A DNA stretch of 64,000 nt from Balanoglossus misakiensis (Eukaryota; Animalia; Hemichordata), in contig CM082598.2 in the NCBI GenBank assembly GCA_040954595.2, positions 992,001-1,056,000 of the forward strand, in the 5' to 3' direction. Under the pieces are notes generated by a model. The model made no database searches, was not told where the DNA came from, and was given only the letters and a program-made list of their open reading frames with translations. The position numbers and the translations under genes are program-made. Below are positions 12,919 through 24,200 of this stretch, piece by piece. The number at the start of each line of letters is the position of its first letter. The stretch's first letter is position 1.

Positions 12919-13876
12919 AAAAATTCTATTTGAAAATAAACAAACTAGGACGAAAATATCCCTCCATCGCCTTACCCAATTCCAAAGTGATCGAGCCAGT
13001 GGTTTCACAAAACAGTCTTTGATCACCAAAAAAACCTCAAACAATTTAATACATTGCTGATATTGGCACAAAACAACCAAATCTAACTTACATGAAAGCA
13101 ATCTCACCATTTTCCCCTGCTCATATGCATACTTTTGTTTGCGTCATTTGATGGATGGGTCAAAGGTCAATAATTTAATAATTTGAAATCTTCTGCTAAA
13201 AGGGCAAGTATGTATGTCTTTTCATCAATCATTAGTGAACTTAACATTTCCCCAAACTGTGAAGTAATAAGTGACGTACCTTAATTCACTGCTCCATTGG
13301 ACTTGAATACGGTACCATTCTCTATTTTTGTTTTTTTTGCATTCATAACGTTCTGAGTAAAGAAAAGAAAAGGACTTTAATAGTCAAGTTAAAAATTCTA
13401 TTTGAAAATAAACAAACTAGGACGAAAATATCCCTCCATCGCCTTACCCAATTCCAAAGTGATCGAGCCAGTGGTTTCACAAAACAGTTTTTGACCCCCC
13501 CCCCCCCAAAAAAAACTCAAACAATTCAATACATTGCTGATATTAGCACATAATAAACAAATCTAACTTTAATACATGAAATGCAAACATGAAAGCAATC
13601 TCACCATTTCCCCCTGCTCATATGCATACTTTTGTTTGTGTCATTTGATAGATGGGTCAAATTTAATAATTTGAAATCTTCTGCCAAAAGGGCAAGTATG
13701 TATGTCGTTTCATCAATCATGAGTGAACTTAACATTTCCCCAAACTGTGAAGTAATAAGTGACGTACCTTAATTAGCTGCTCCTGTGAACTTGAAGACCA
13801 TTCTCAATGTTTTTGTTTCTTTTTTACATTCATAACTTTACGTAAAGAAAAGAAAAGAAGGAGTTAGTCAAGTTAA
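12919..13876. repeat. Head-to-tail duplication of ~470 bp (12919-13390 and 13391-13876)
   Basis: Both copies start aaaaattctatttgaaaataaacaaactaggacg and end tagtcaagttaa, with a few indels between them. Confidence 0.93.
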
Positions 13877-13989
13877 TTGACAGGCATTTACCCCCTGGGT
13901 AATACCATTATTTTAGGGGCAGTGAGGAATAAATGTGGGCGTGATAAGGGTGACAGTGTAACGTTTTGTTTGGGTATACTATATATTTA

Positions 13990-14487
13990 CTATCGTTCCC
14001 ATCTGGATTCGAACGATAATGTTGATCTAAATGTTATCACACTTGTGTAATTGGTTTGTGAAGTTGATTCCAACTTTGCTACAGTTGTTGTACAGTTTAT
14101 ATGCTTTGCGGCAAACACAAACAGGATTAATGGTTTCTTACCCGGTAGGATGCTTCGCCAGTTTGTTTAAATAAGACAATAAAACCAGTCAACTGATTGG
14201 CGCTACCCTGACTTTATTTAATAGCCCTGTGTGTGGTAAAAGCACGCGTAGATAAAAGTCTTGCTTTAGCAAGCAATGTGAAGTGTAAGACGATCCTCTT
14301 ACGACACCCGTAATACCCCACTGTTAGTATTGTAATCAATCTCGATATAACCTCTTTGAATTTACCGCAACATCAACAACTGGGCGCCGAAACTGAAGTA
14401 AGATAAGGAACAACTTGGCAAACCAAATGTGCAAGTATGGTAACATTTAGATCAACATTATCGTTCGAATCCAGATGGGAACGATAG
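13990..14487. mobile_element. MITE with long terminal inverted repeats and a TA target duplication (Tc1/mariner-like)
   Basis: ctatcgttcccatctggattcgaacgataatgttgatctaaatgtta (13990-14036) has a perfect inverse at 14441-14487. The TIR extends imperfectly to ~85 bp, TA flanks both sides, and there is no ORF. Confidence 0.85.
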
Positions 14488-14764
14488 TAAAGTCACCATG
14501 CACTGACTACCAGAGTAGGTGCAGCCATCCCACATGTGTTAGTGAATAGGCTGAACATTGCACTGACATGTGTCAAAAAAGCTGTATTGGCCGTATATAT
14601 TGCTGACAAAACATAGCCTTTTGATTTCCCCAAAAATATATTTTACTATACAAACTATAAACAAATTCTGACTACATGTACTAAGTTTACATGTACATGG
14701 TTGACTAATATAAATGGACAATACAGAACCAGACAATAGACGGAACAGCAACCCCAGATATTCA

Positions 14765-16990
14765 ACCCCAGATACAGAAATCGGGCTGCATAATTTGTAT
14801 CATTGTAGCTGATAGAACGATCGCGAAGATCAAACCACAGCAGCGTTTAAAATTAAGCCGTTATGGGTCTTTCTAATTCCCGTTGTCGATTACAAATACA
14901 AAGAACGGGAGGCCCGGGAAACATACCTCTTTGTTCATTTCAAAATTGCCGCCTTTTACTAGATTTTCCAACATGCACCCCAGATACAGAAATCGGGCTG
15001 CATAATTTGTGTCATTGTAGCTGATAGAACGATCGCGAAGATCAAACCAGAGCAGCGTTTAAAATTAAGCCGTTATGGGTCTTTCTAATTCCCGTTGTCG
15101 ATTACAAATACAAAGAACGGGAGGCCCGGGAAACATACCTCTTTGTTCATTTCAAAATTGCCGCCTTTTACTAGATTTTCCAACATGCACCCCAGATACA
15201 GAAATCGGGCTGCATAATTTGTGTCATTGTAGCTGATAGAACGATCGCGAAGATCAAACCAGAGCAGCGTTTAAAATTAAGCCGTTATGGGTCTTTCTAA
15301 TTCCCGTTGTCGATTACAAATACAAAGAACGGGAGGCCCGGGAAACATACCTCTTTGTTCATTTCAAAATTGCCGCCTTTTACTAGATTTTCCAACATGC
15401 ACCCCAGATACAGAAATCGGGCTGCATAATTTGTGTCATTGAAGCTGATAGAACGATCGCGAAGATCAAACCAGAGCAGCGTTTAAAATTAAGCCGTTAT
15501 GGGTCTTTCTAATTCCCGTTGTCGATTACAAATACAAAGAACGGGAGGCCCGGGAAACATACGTCTTTGTTCATTTCAAAATTGCCGCCTTTTACTAGAT
15601 TTTCCAACATGCACCCCAGATACAGAAATCGGGCTGCATAATTTGTGTCATTGAAGCTGATAGAACGATCGCGAAGATCAAACCAGAGCAGCGTTTAAAA
15701 TTAAGCCGTTATGGGTCTTTCTAATTCCCGTTGTCGATTACAAATACAAAGAACGGGAGGCCCGGGAAACATACGTCTTTGTTCATTTCAAAATTGCCGC
15801 CTTTTACTAGATTTTCCAACATGCACCCCAGATACAGAAATCGGGCTGCATAATTTGTGTCATTGAAGCTGATAGAACGATCGCGAAGATCAAACCAGAG
15901 CAGCGTTTAAAATTAAGCCGTTATGGGTCTTTCTAATTCCCGTTGTCGATTACAAATACAAAGAACGGGAGGCCCGGGAAACATACCTCTTTGTTCATTT
16001 CAAAATTGCCGCCTTTTACTAGATTTTCCAACATGCACCCCAGATACAGAAATCGGGCTGCATAATTTGTGTCATTGTAGCTGATAGAACGATCGCGAAG
16101 TTCAAACCAGAGCAGCGTTTAAAATTAAGCCGTTATGGGTCTTTCTAATTCCCGTTGTCGATTACAAATACAAAGAACGGGAGGCCCGGGAAACATACCT
16201 CTTTGTTCATTTCAAAATTGCCGCCTTTTACTAGATTTTCCAACATGCACCCCAGATACAGAAATCGGGCTGCATAATTTGTGTCATTGTAGCTGATAGA
16301 ACGATCGCGAAGATCAAACCAGAGCAGCGTTTAAAATTAAGCCGTTATGGGTCTTTCTAATTCCCGTTGTCGATTACAAATACAAAGAACGGGAGGCCCG
16401 GGAAACATACCTCTTTGTTCATTTCAAAATTGCCGCCTTTTACTAGATTTTCCAACATGCACCCCAGATACAGAAATCGGGCTGCATAATTTGTGTCATT
16501 GTAGCTGATAGAACGATCGCGAAGATCAAACCAGAGCAGCGTTTAAAATTAAGCCGTTATGGGTCTTTCTAATTCCCGTTGTCGATTACAAATAAAAAGA
16601 ACGGGTGGCCCGGGAAACATACCTCTTTGTTCATTTCAAAATTGCCGCCTTTTACTAAATCTCCCAACATGCACTGCACCCTACATTAGAGCGCCCGCAC
16701 ACGGCAATTTGTCAAAATCGGTTTCGCGGAACAGCACCCCCAGATATAGAATCGAGCTGATGCCAACCTTTGCATAATTTGTGTCATTGTAGCTGATAGA
16801 ACGATCGCAGCGTTTAAGCGGTTATGGCTCTTTCTAATTCCCGTTGTCGGATAAAAAGAAAAAGAAAGAGAAACATACCTGTTCGATCATTTCAAAATGG
16901 CCGCCTTGTACTAAATTTCCCAACATGCACCACACCCTACGGTATGGCCGCCACCAACGGCAAGTTGTCAAAATCGTTCTATTCGGAGCT
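14765..16990. repeat. 212-bp tandem array (9 near-identical copies) followed by longer diverged monomer sequence
   Basis: Unit starts (accccagatacagaaatcggg) at 14765, 14977, 15189, 15401, 15613, 15825, 16037, 16249 and 16461. A diverged copy lies at ~16736-16990. Confidence 0.97.
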
Positions 16991-17047
16991 CACTATAGTA
17001 AAGTTTATTTTTAGGTACAAATATACTCACTTGTCCTAATAAGAAGG

Positions 17048-17131
17048 TAACCCCCCCCCCTCATTAGAGTTCTTACCTTACCATAGGAAACAATGGCTTT
17101 AGACTGAACCATTGTGTGGTGAAAGGGTCAA
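17048..17131. mobile_element. ~85-bp mini-element, TTAACCCTTTCACC...GGTGAAAGGGTTAA family (copy 1, degenerate)
   Basis: Shares aacaatgg.tt.gac..aaccat..tggtgaaagggt.aa with the copies at 19262, 26242 and 38358. Confidence 0.6.
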
Positions 17132-19261
17132 ATGGCTTACTCGTGATGTTTCACTGGCCACAACACTGGAAACTGGTCCATGCAAGTCTCTCTATTAGGT
17201 CCACAAAATTCTTACTGATCCTGGTCAAATTCTGCAGTACATGAAGGGTATATACACTGAGCCATTGACTAACCACTTTGAGATGAAATCATACAAAAGA
17301 CATTTAATTTGACTATAACTGTTTATTGCCTAAATGGTTAAGTGTAAAAAATAACAATCACATTCATAATTTGAATACAGTTGAATACAAATACACAGCA
17401 AACAACAGTGACTTCTGAATCAGGACACACACATATAGAATTTGTTGGAACAGAATTTATCAATCTCGTCTACATATAATCTACAGTTTGTGTACAGTTC
17501 TGTCATTCAAAACTTCAAGAGGACGTACCACATGTTGTACAGTATATAGAATTATACATTTGACCTTTATACTGTTTACTTTTGCTACAAGCCTCTAAAT
17601 TTTGTGATGAACGCAAAACAAATAGAATATAAAACCAACCATGTTAAGAGCAAACAAATTGCACGATGTTGAAAACAAGATAATCTTTCAATAAAAATGA
17701 GTCAAAGGATTATGTTGGTTAGAGGAAAGATGTATAACAGACCACTTTCAAGGTGCTGTGTTTGTGGCCAATAAACCAAATATACAATATTTCAATTAAA
17801 GGGAACAGCTTGTCTGAACACGCAACATTTCTGTTTGTTAATACGTCACAGAAAGTGTTTCCAATATACTATCAAAGTACCGGTACATATATGTAACCTG
17901 AGAATCTGATGCAAAGGAACTATGCCAGTAGGTACATACATACATACATACATGCATAAATTTCTTAATCACAGAAACAAAATTATCATGGAAATATGTC
18001 CATTGAGATGGTACAAGGTATTGAACAAGATCAGATCAGGTGACAATTTGCTGCAGGGCTGTGACAGACAATTAGAGTTGAGTGGCACGATTAAAGGTAT
18101 GCGGACACCTATGCAAATTTACCTACAGTTACCATGGTAAATCGGGATCTAACCAGTCACAGATTTTCAGTGGGTGGCACACGCAAAAAAAGGAGCGCCA
18201 CCATAGGTTCTTTAGAACACTCAAATGCACCATTTCAGCTATATATGGCGATATGCAAATTGGAGGTGACTGTATACAATTAATTGAGTGTGTTATCAAA
18301 GGTAGTAGTCTGCAATCCACACTGTGTGTACTTTAGGTAGTCTTACACTGAAGTAACATCTGAAACACACTTGGTCTGGATTCCAGACTTTAACAGGTAG
18401 AGATACTTACAAAAAGCACAAAGGCAACATGTATAGTCAAGATGTTATCATAATCACAATAGGTGAAACTTGGAAGTCAAATATTAAATGCATGGTAAAA
18501 ACAAAAGCAAGTGTGAATGAATACAGTAATAACCACTCTACACATGCACTCCCCCCCCCCCCCCACAAACATTATGACTGTACAAGAACTTGAAATCTTC
18601 AGTCTTGTACCCACATCAGTTGAAATTTCCACAAAGAAGAGTGACTTTATCAAATTTGTTCACTTAATTATACACACACAGCAAAGACAGTTACACCTTT
18701 GAACGAGTAAATCTCTACGCGTGTGCATGGACACCAATCAGCTAAAAATGCCCATACTAAATTGAAAATGTCAATCATCAATGACACAGAATATAGCATG
18801 CAAAATACATCAAGTGGACATTCAAATATGGAGACTTGACAAAGGTCAATTTTACCTCTTATTTAAAAAACAACAACAAAATATTAAAGCATTATTTCAC
18901 ATTATATGCTACCCATTATTGAACATTTCAAGTTTGATGAAAAACGTGACATATAGTCCCCAAAATCTTTACAAAGTTTTACAGCCATCTCATGATAATA
19001 GAGCTACACTATGTTCCCCGTTTTATATACCTCCCCACAAATGCCCAGATTTTCCCCATTTACCAACAACATACCTTGGTTTAACTGTCTTCTTTTCAAT
19101 AACCTTGAAGAGCCAGTTGTAAACTGGGATTTCAGGACGAGAGAATTACTGCAACAGAAGTATATTACTCTGCATGCTAAAGGTCAAACATATTGATGGC
19201 AACTGATGGACTGTTGTGTCTATTTGATCAGGAGTACAATAGCACATCTCCGTACAGATCT

Positions 19262-19344
19262 CTAACCCTTTCACCGCCATGGTTTGGTCCAAATCCATGG
19301 TCAAGATGGACCTCTATACAGGCACATGGGGGTGAAACGGTCAA
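19262..19344. mobile_element. ~85-bp mini-element, same family (copy 2, opposite orientation)
   Basis: Inverted ends taaccctttcacc...ggtgaaacggtcaa; internal ccatggtttggtccaaatccat is the reverse complement of the 26242 copy. Confidence 0.7.
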
Positions 19345-21269
19345 CTTTTGATTTTCACGCAAGCACAGTGTGTGTAAAACCTGCTGGTCTTTTGGATATG
19401 ACTTCTATTATTATTATTCATGTGATGAAACTTAGTTGCAGGTCTAAATTTGCTTACACTTTCGTTCAAAAGTTCGCCAAGCAAGTTAACGTTCATTTTG
19501 ATGTTCTTCCAGTGAGACTTGTTTAACGCACAAACCCACTAAGGGGTCTGTTCTGTTTTGTTACAAATTGTTTGTACTGAACAATATTAAACATGAACAG
19601 AGTAAATAGGAAACCGGCAAGTGTAGCTGAAATTCACTGTAAACAGACCCCAAGATACACTAACAACTGATTGCATGGCTGTATTACACAGAAGTCTGCG
19701 GGGCTTCCATCAATATATCAGGTCAGTTGCATGCTATATTACAGTGTAACTGCCGTGGAAAAATAGAAGATATGCTAGATCAAATATGAACTTCTTCAGA
19801 CATAAGTGGGTAACTTCACATCTATCAACACGAAAGTGAAAACTTCAAAGTCATGCAATGTTAAGAATTCTTCTTTTACAAAATAAAGACTAACCATAAA
19901 ACTTACCGATAATGCCAAATATCTACAAAAATAAAAAATATTAATATACAAACTCCAGAAATGTCCCTTTTCCATTTCTCCCTCGTTTTATATTTACATA
20001 ATCATATTATTGAAGGATTATGTCGCCCAAAGAGGAAAATGACAAAGTGACAATTGTCTAATGTTAAAATATATAAAAACATACAAATATTGTTCAGGCT
20101 CTTCTTCGTATATCTCAAATAATTGACCGACTGTCTATCACGGTTTTCTGTCTGTGTCAATGTAAGTGGCACAAAAATGATTATAAACACAATTTTGTTT
20201 CTTCAAATGTGGCAAGATTGTCAGGATAGTTGGGAGTTGCCAGAAATAATTCACCTTCTTTTCTTTGCATAATGATCAGAAAATTAAAACTTGCTTGATT
20301 GTATCGGCAGTGGTGAAACGTACCTCCAAGTTATATCATTGCAATGTCTGGTAAAATTCCTATCATACTTTTAGACACACAGTATTAGATTATTTTTGAA
20401 GAATCATAAAAACAGCAGAATTGTAAAACTTCATATTTTGAATAATGTTATATAGAATGCAATATTCCGTGATTTGCTAGATGTTGTCACTGGTTAACTG
20501 TCATGACATTTTATCAAATTTGATTTGCTAGTAAAACAAAGTTCTCCTCTAAAAGTGGATAAATATTTTTGCATGGTTATCCTGAATTACTTGATAATTA
20601 CACACCATGATTAAATTGCTTGATTAAATTATTGAACCTCTTTTAAGTCAAACACTTTAAATTGAAATGATTTCATCTTCCAAAACGATTCACAGCAATA
20701 ATTTCCAAATGATACAAAAATGTCCACCACATATGAATGATTTTGTAGGAAATACAACACCATACTTATTAAAACTCTCATTGATTCTTTGCATAGCTAA
20801 GGTTCTTCAAAACAAGGGACATCACTTTCTCATGGAATGTCTACACTTACACAAACACTACAGACAACCTTCTGGCTAGAAATTCGATCACCGAGACAAC
20901 CGATCATCCAATAGCAATCCTTATTACACGTCATGTGACCAGACCTAACCCTTACAAATTTATACCTGTCATAATTCAATTCCCAATTTCAATCACCAAC
21001 ACAAGAAAACTCCCAGCAATTCCTACTGTACTTCAACCAGTTCTCTGTACATGTAAAAGCCAATCCACCTCTTCTTAATACATTTAATTATAAATGTATC
21101 AGAGCATAACTCATTTTACCTTGACCTTGATTTTATGAACAATCTGACTCATATTAGGTCATTATTGCTGTATTTACCATCTATACAGTATTATACATTC
21201 TCGAGTGCATGCATTGTAATAATGGAACCACTCTTCTGAATCCCATGAAATTTCAAACCACCCTCCGGT

Positions 21270-24200
21270 CTACATCATTGATTCCTGATCCTTGGCATTT
21301 GTATCATTGAGCTTGTCACCGGAATTGGTTAAACTTCTTCCCGGGTAGAGTTTCTGCATTTCCTCTGGTTCTCCGACTTCATTCATCATGGCTTCTCGGG
21401 ATTTCTGAGCTTCTTCCTCGGCCTCCAAATGATCCATGTGTTTCAGTTCCACAGTGGATAAATGCGCCACGATACCGGCTCCATAGGAATCACCTAACAC
21501 ATTGACTGAGGTACGGAAACGATCGCTGTGAACAAGAGAACATAAATGCCAGTTAGGAGAATGTCTGTAGTTACAAACAAACAACTTTATTGCTCAACAA
21601 CACACTCAGGGAGTGCAGTAAGGCAAAATTCACAGTTGCAAACTTCAACAGGCATAGGACGAAGCTACTGCTGGGGATGGATATATAGTGCTACAATTCA
21701 CAAAAGGAAGTTTATCTTTATGAGTAAAGATCGATATACATGAACTTTTCTCTTTCATGTACATAGGAACTGGACATTACAGAGACTGGGACAATTGCTT
21801 GGTTTGTAGAAGCGTCCACTTTATAGACATTAAATCTTAATTAACATGATGTTTTATGTGAAGGGATTAAAGGTTTCCTATTGGCTTTGACTTTGCTCCA
21901 AAAATTTACCACAAAATGATATTTAATAAAAATAAGTGAAGGAACGTGTATGATAATAAAAGCCAGGGCTCTAGGTGACTCTGCCTTGATTGTCCAAAAT
22001 GTGCCGTCCCAAAAAGAAAGGGGTCTTATGGTCATAAGAATCGCGCTCCCATAAGACCCCTTTCTGCTTGGGATGGCCCAAATGTAACACACAGTACCCT
22101 CGTCTATACATGACCGTATTCTGAACAAAAAACCAAAATACACAAATGAGCTTTGACACTTACAGAAGCCAATCCACAGTCCACAAAAGAGTGACATCAC
22201 CAGTAGGCAGTCCAGCTGCAGTCAAAACTAGCAACATTGTTACCAATCCAGCACTGGGTATACTGGCTGCTCCAATACTTGCCAAAGTAGCTGTCAGACT
22301 GCGGACAAAATGTAACAATGTAACAAACTGTTAATGTATTGCTCAAATTCAAACATTTCTTCCTTTATATTCTCAGAGTGGAACTTTAGACTCTCACAGC
22401 CCCTCTCGCCGTCCATGCAGGCTTATGGTCTGATTGCAGGTGTGAACACCATATGGGGCTTCTCCTAATTGCTAAACAGTTCAGGGCGCGTCAGTGAAGA
22501 GACTCAATGTAGCGAACCATGGGCTGTGAGAGAGTCTAAGTGGAAGAAGAAGCCCCTGACATAATCATGACACTAAACATTGAAATAAAAATAACCAGCG
22601 CAGGTTACAAACAATCTAGTCTTCAGACTTATATTTACCTAACAGTGATAATAGCTCCAGGACTGAGAACTATCCCATTCATCTGTGCAATAAAGATAGC
22701 AGCTACAGCTTCATAGAGAGCAGTTCCATCCATGTTGACTGTGGCACCAATGGGAAGAACAAATCGAGTGACTCTCTTATCCACTTTGTTGTTCTCCTCC
22801 AGGCATCGGAAAGTCACCGGCAAAGTCCCGGCACTGATTTCAAAGACAACAGATGTGTATAGATAAGCAAAAGGATGAAATTTCCTATTTCAAACATGAG
22901 AAGTAGATTTCTTCAAAGAATACCCACAGAGTTCTTCCTTCTGAGATTTGCAGGTATTTTTGAGCTTTAGTTTATTTAGCTATCGAATTCTATGTTATCC
23001 CTATGGTAACAGTTTTCCCAGAATTATGACTCTGTCAAACAATCTTTGATTAATACTTTCCTTGATTTTACACAATGTGAAAGCAAGGCTACACTCATTG
23101 GCATTCCAGACAGACAGACAAACAAACAAATAAACAAACAAAACAAAACTGTTCCCACTCACCTTGATGCAGTACCAAGAGCTGTGATCCAGGCTTGCAG
23201 AACACCAAAGAAATATGTGTACGGATTTTTCCGGGTGATGACAAAGTATACACCCGGAAGTACCATGAATCCGTGGATGATGAGCCCAACAACAACAGTC
23301 AACATGTACATTCCCAGTTGAGCCAAAACTGATGCGATATCACCCATGGCTAACAACTTGGCCGCAATCAAGCACATGATACCAACAGGTGAATACCTGA
23401 AATAACAGTTAACAACAGGCAATAGTATACATATATTGACTAGCAATGATGGGCAATAGCGTATGTTTGTTTCCCCAGGGATGGTGAGTCGCCCCAAAAG
23501 AGTCTGTTTCCCATTGGTCTTCAGACTGTTTTGGATCGATTCATTGGTCCGACAAATAATATTGACTTTGTCTACTTCAACCATACTGACAAATAAAAGA
23601 TGAAGTAAATATACTATGCTCTGGGTAGCTTCTTTTACACTGAAACATTATTTGTGAATTGTCCAAATGATTAAAGGTTAAACTGTCTTTTGCATTCGTA
23701 TGATGACCGACTACCTGATGAAAAAAATTCAGATTTTAAATGTTAGTTTGATAATCAAGAGGAAAGATTATCTGAAAAGGTAAGCACACTGTTATAAACA
23801 CAAATAAATAAATGTACTTACCACATGACAATAAGTACCATTTGCATAATAATATCATTGAGGATTGTGAAGAATTTATTCATCACTTCAGCATCCTTTC
23901 CCATCTTGGCCATCAAAATACCAAAAGCTATACAAAATATAATCAAACCTGCAAGATAGATGGTGAAAAGTTCAAATCTGTTTCAACCTGTTTCAGCTAT
24001 AACAGAGCTTCCGTTTATACAAAATCCATGTGTATCATGCATTTCTACCCATAATTACGCAAAGATAATGATGGACGAGATCAATAGAATCTCACACTTA
24101 CAAGGACCTGGGCACATATTTCTCACACGAGTTGGGGATTTTTGTTCCACACGAGCCGAAGAGTGTGAGACAAAATATCCCTGTCGACCCTGACAAGAGA

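Noticed and set aside
14765-16674. 212-bp array as a retrozyme, 5S or snRNA cluster
   Set aside because: There is no CUGANGA/GAAA core (only ctgataga) and I recognise no 5S, tRNA or snRNA sequence on either strand.
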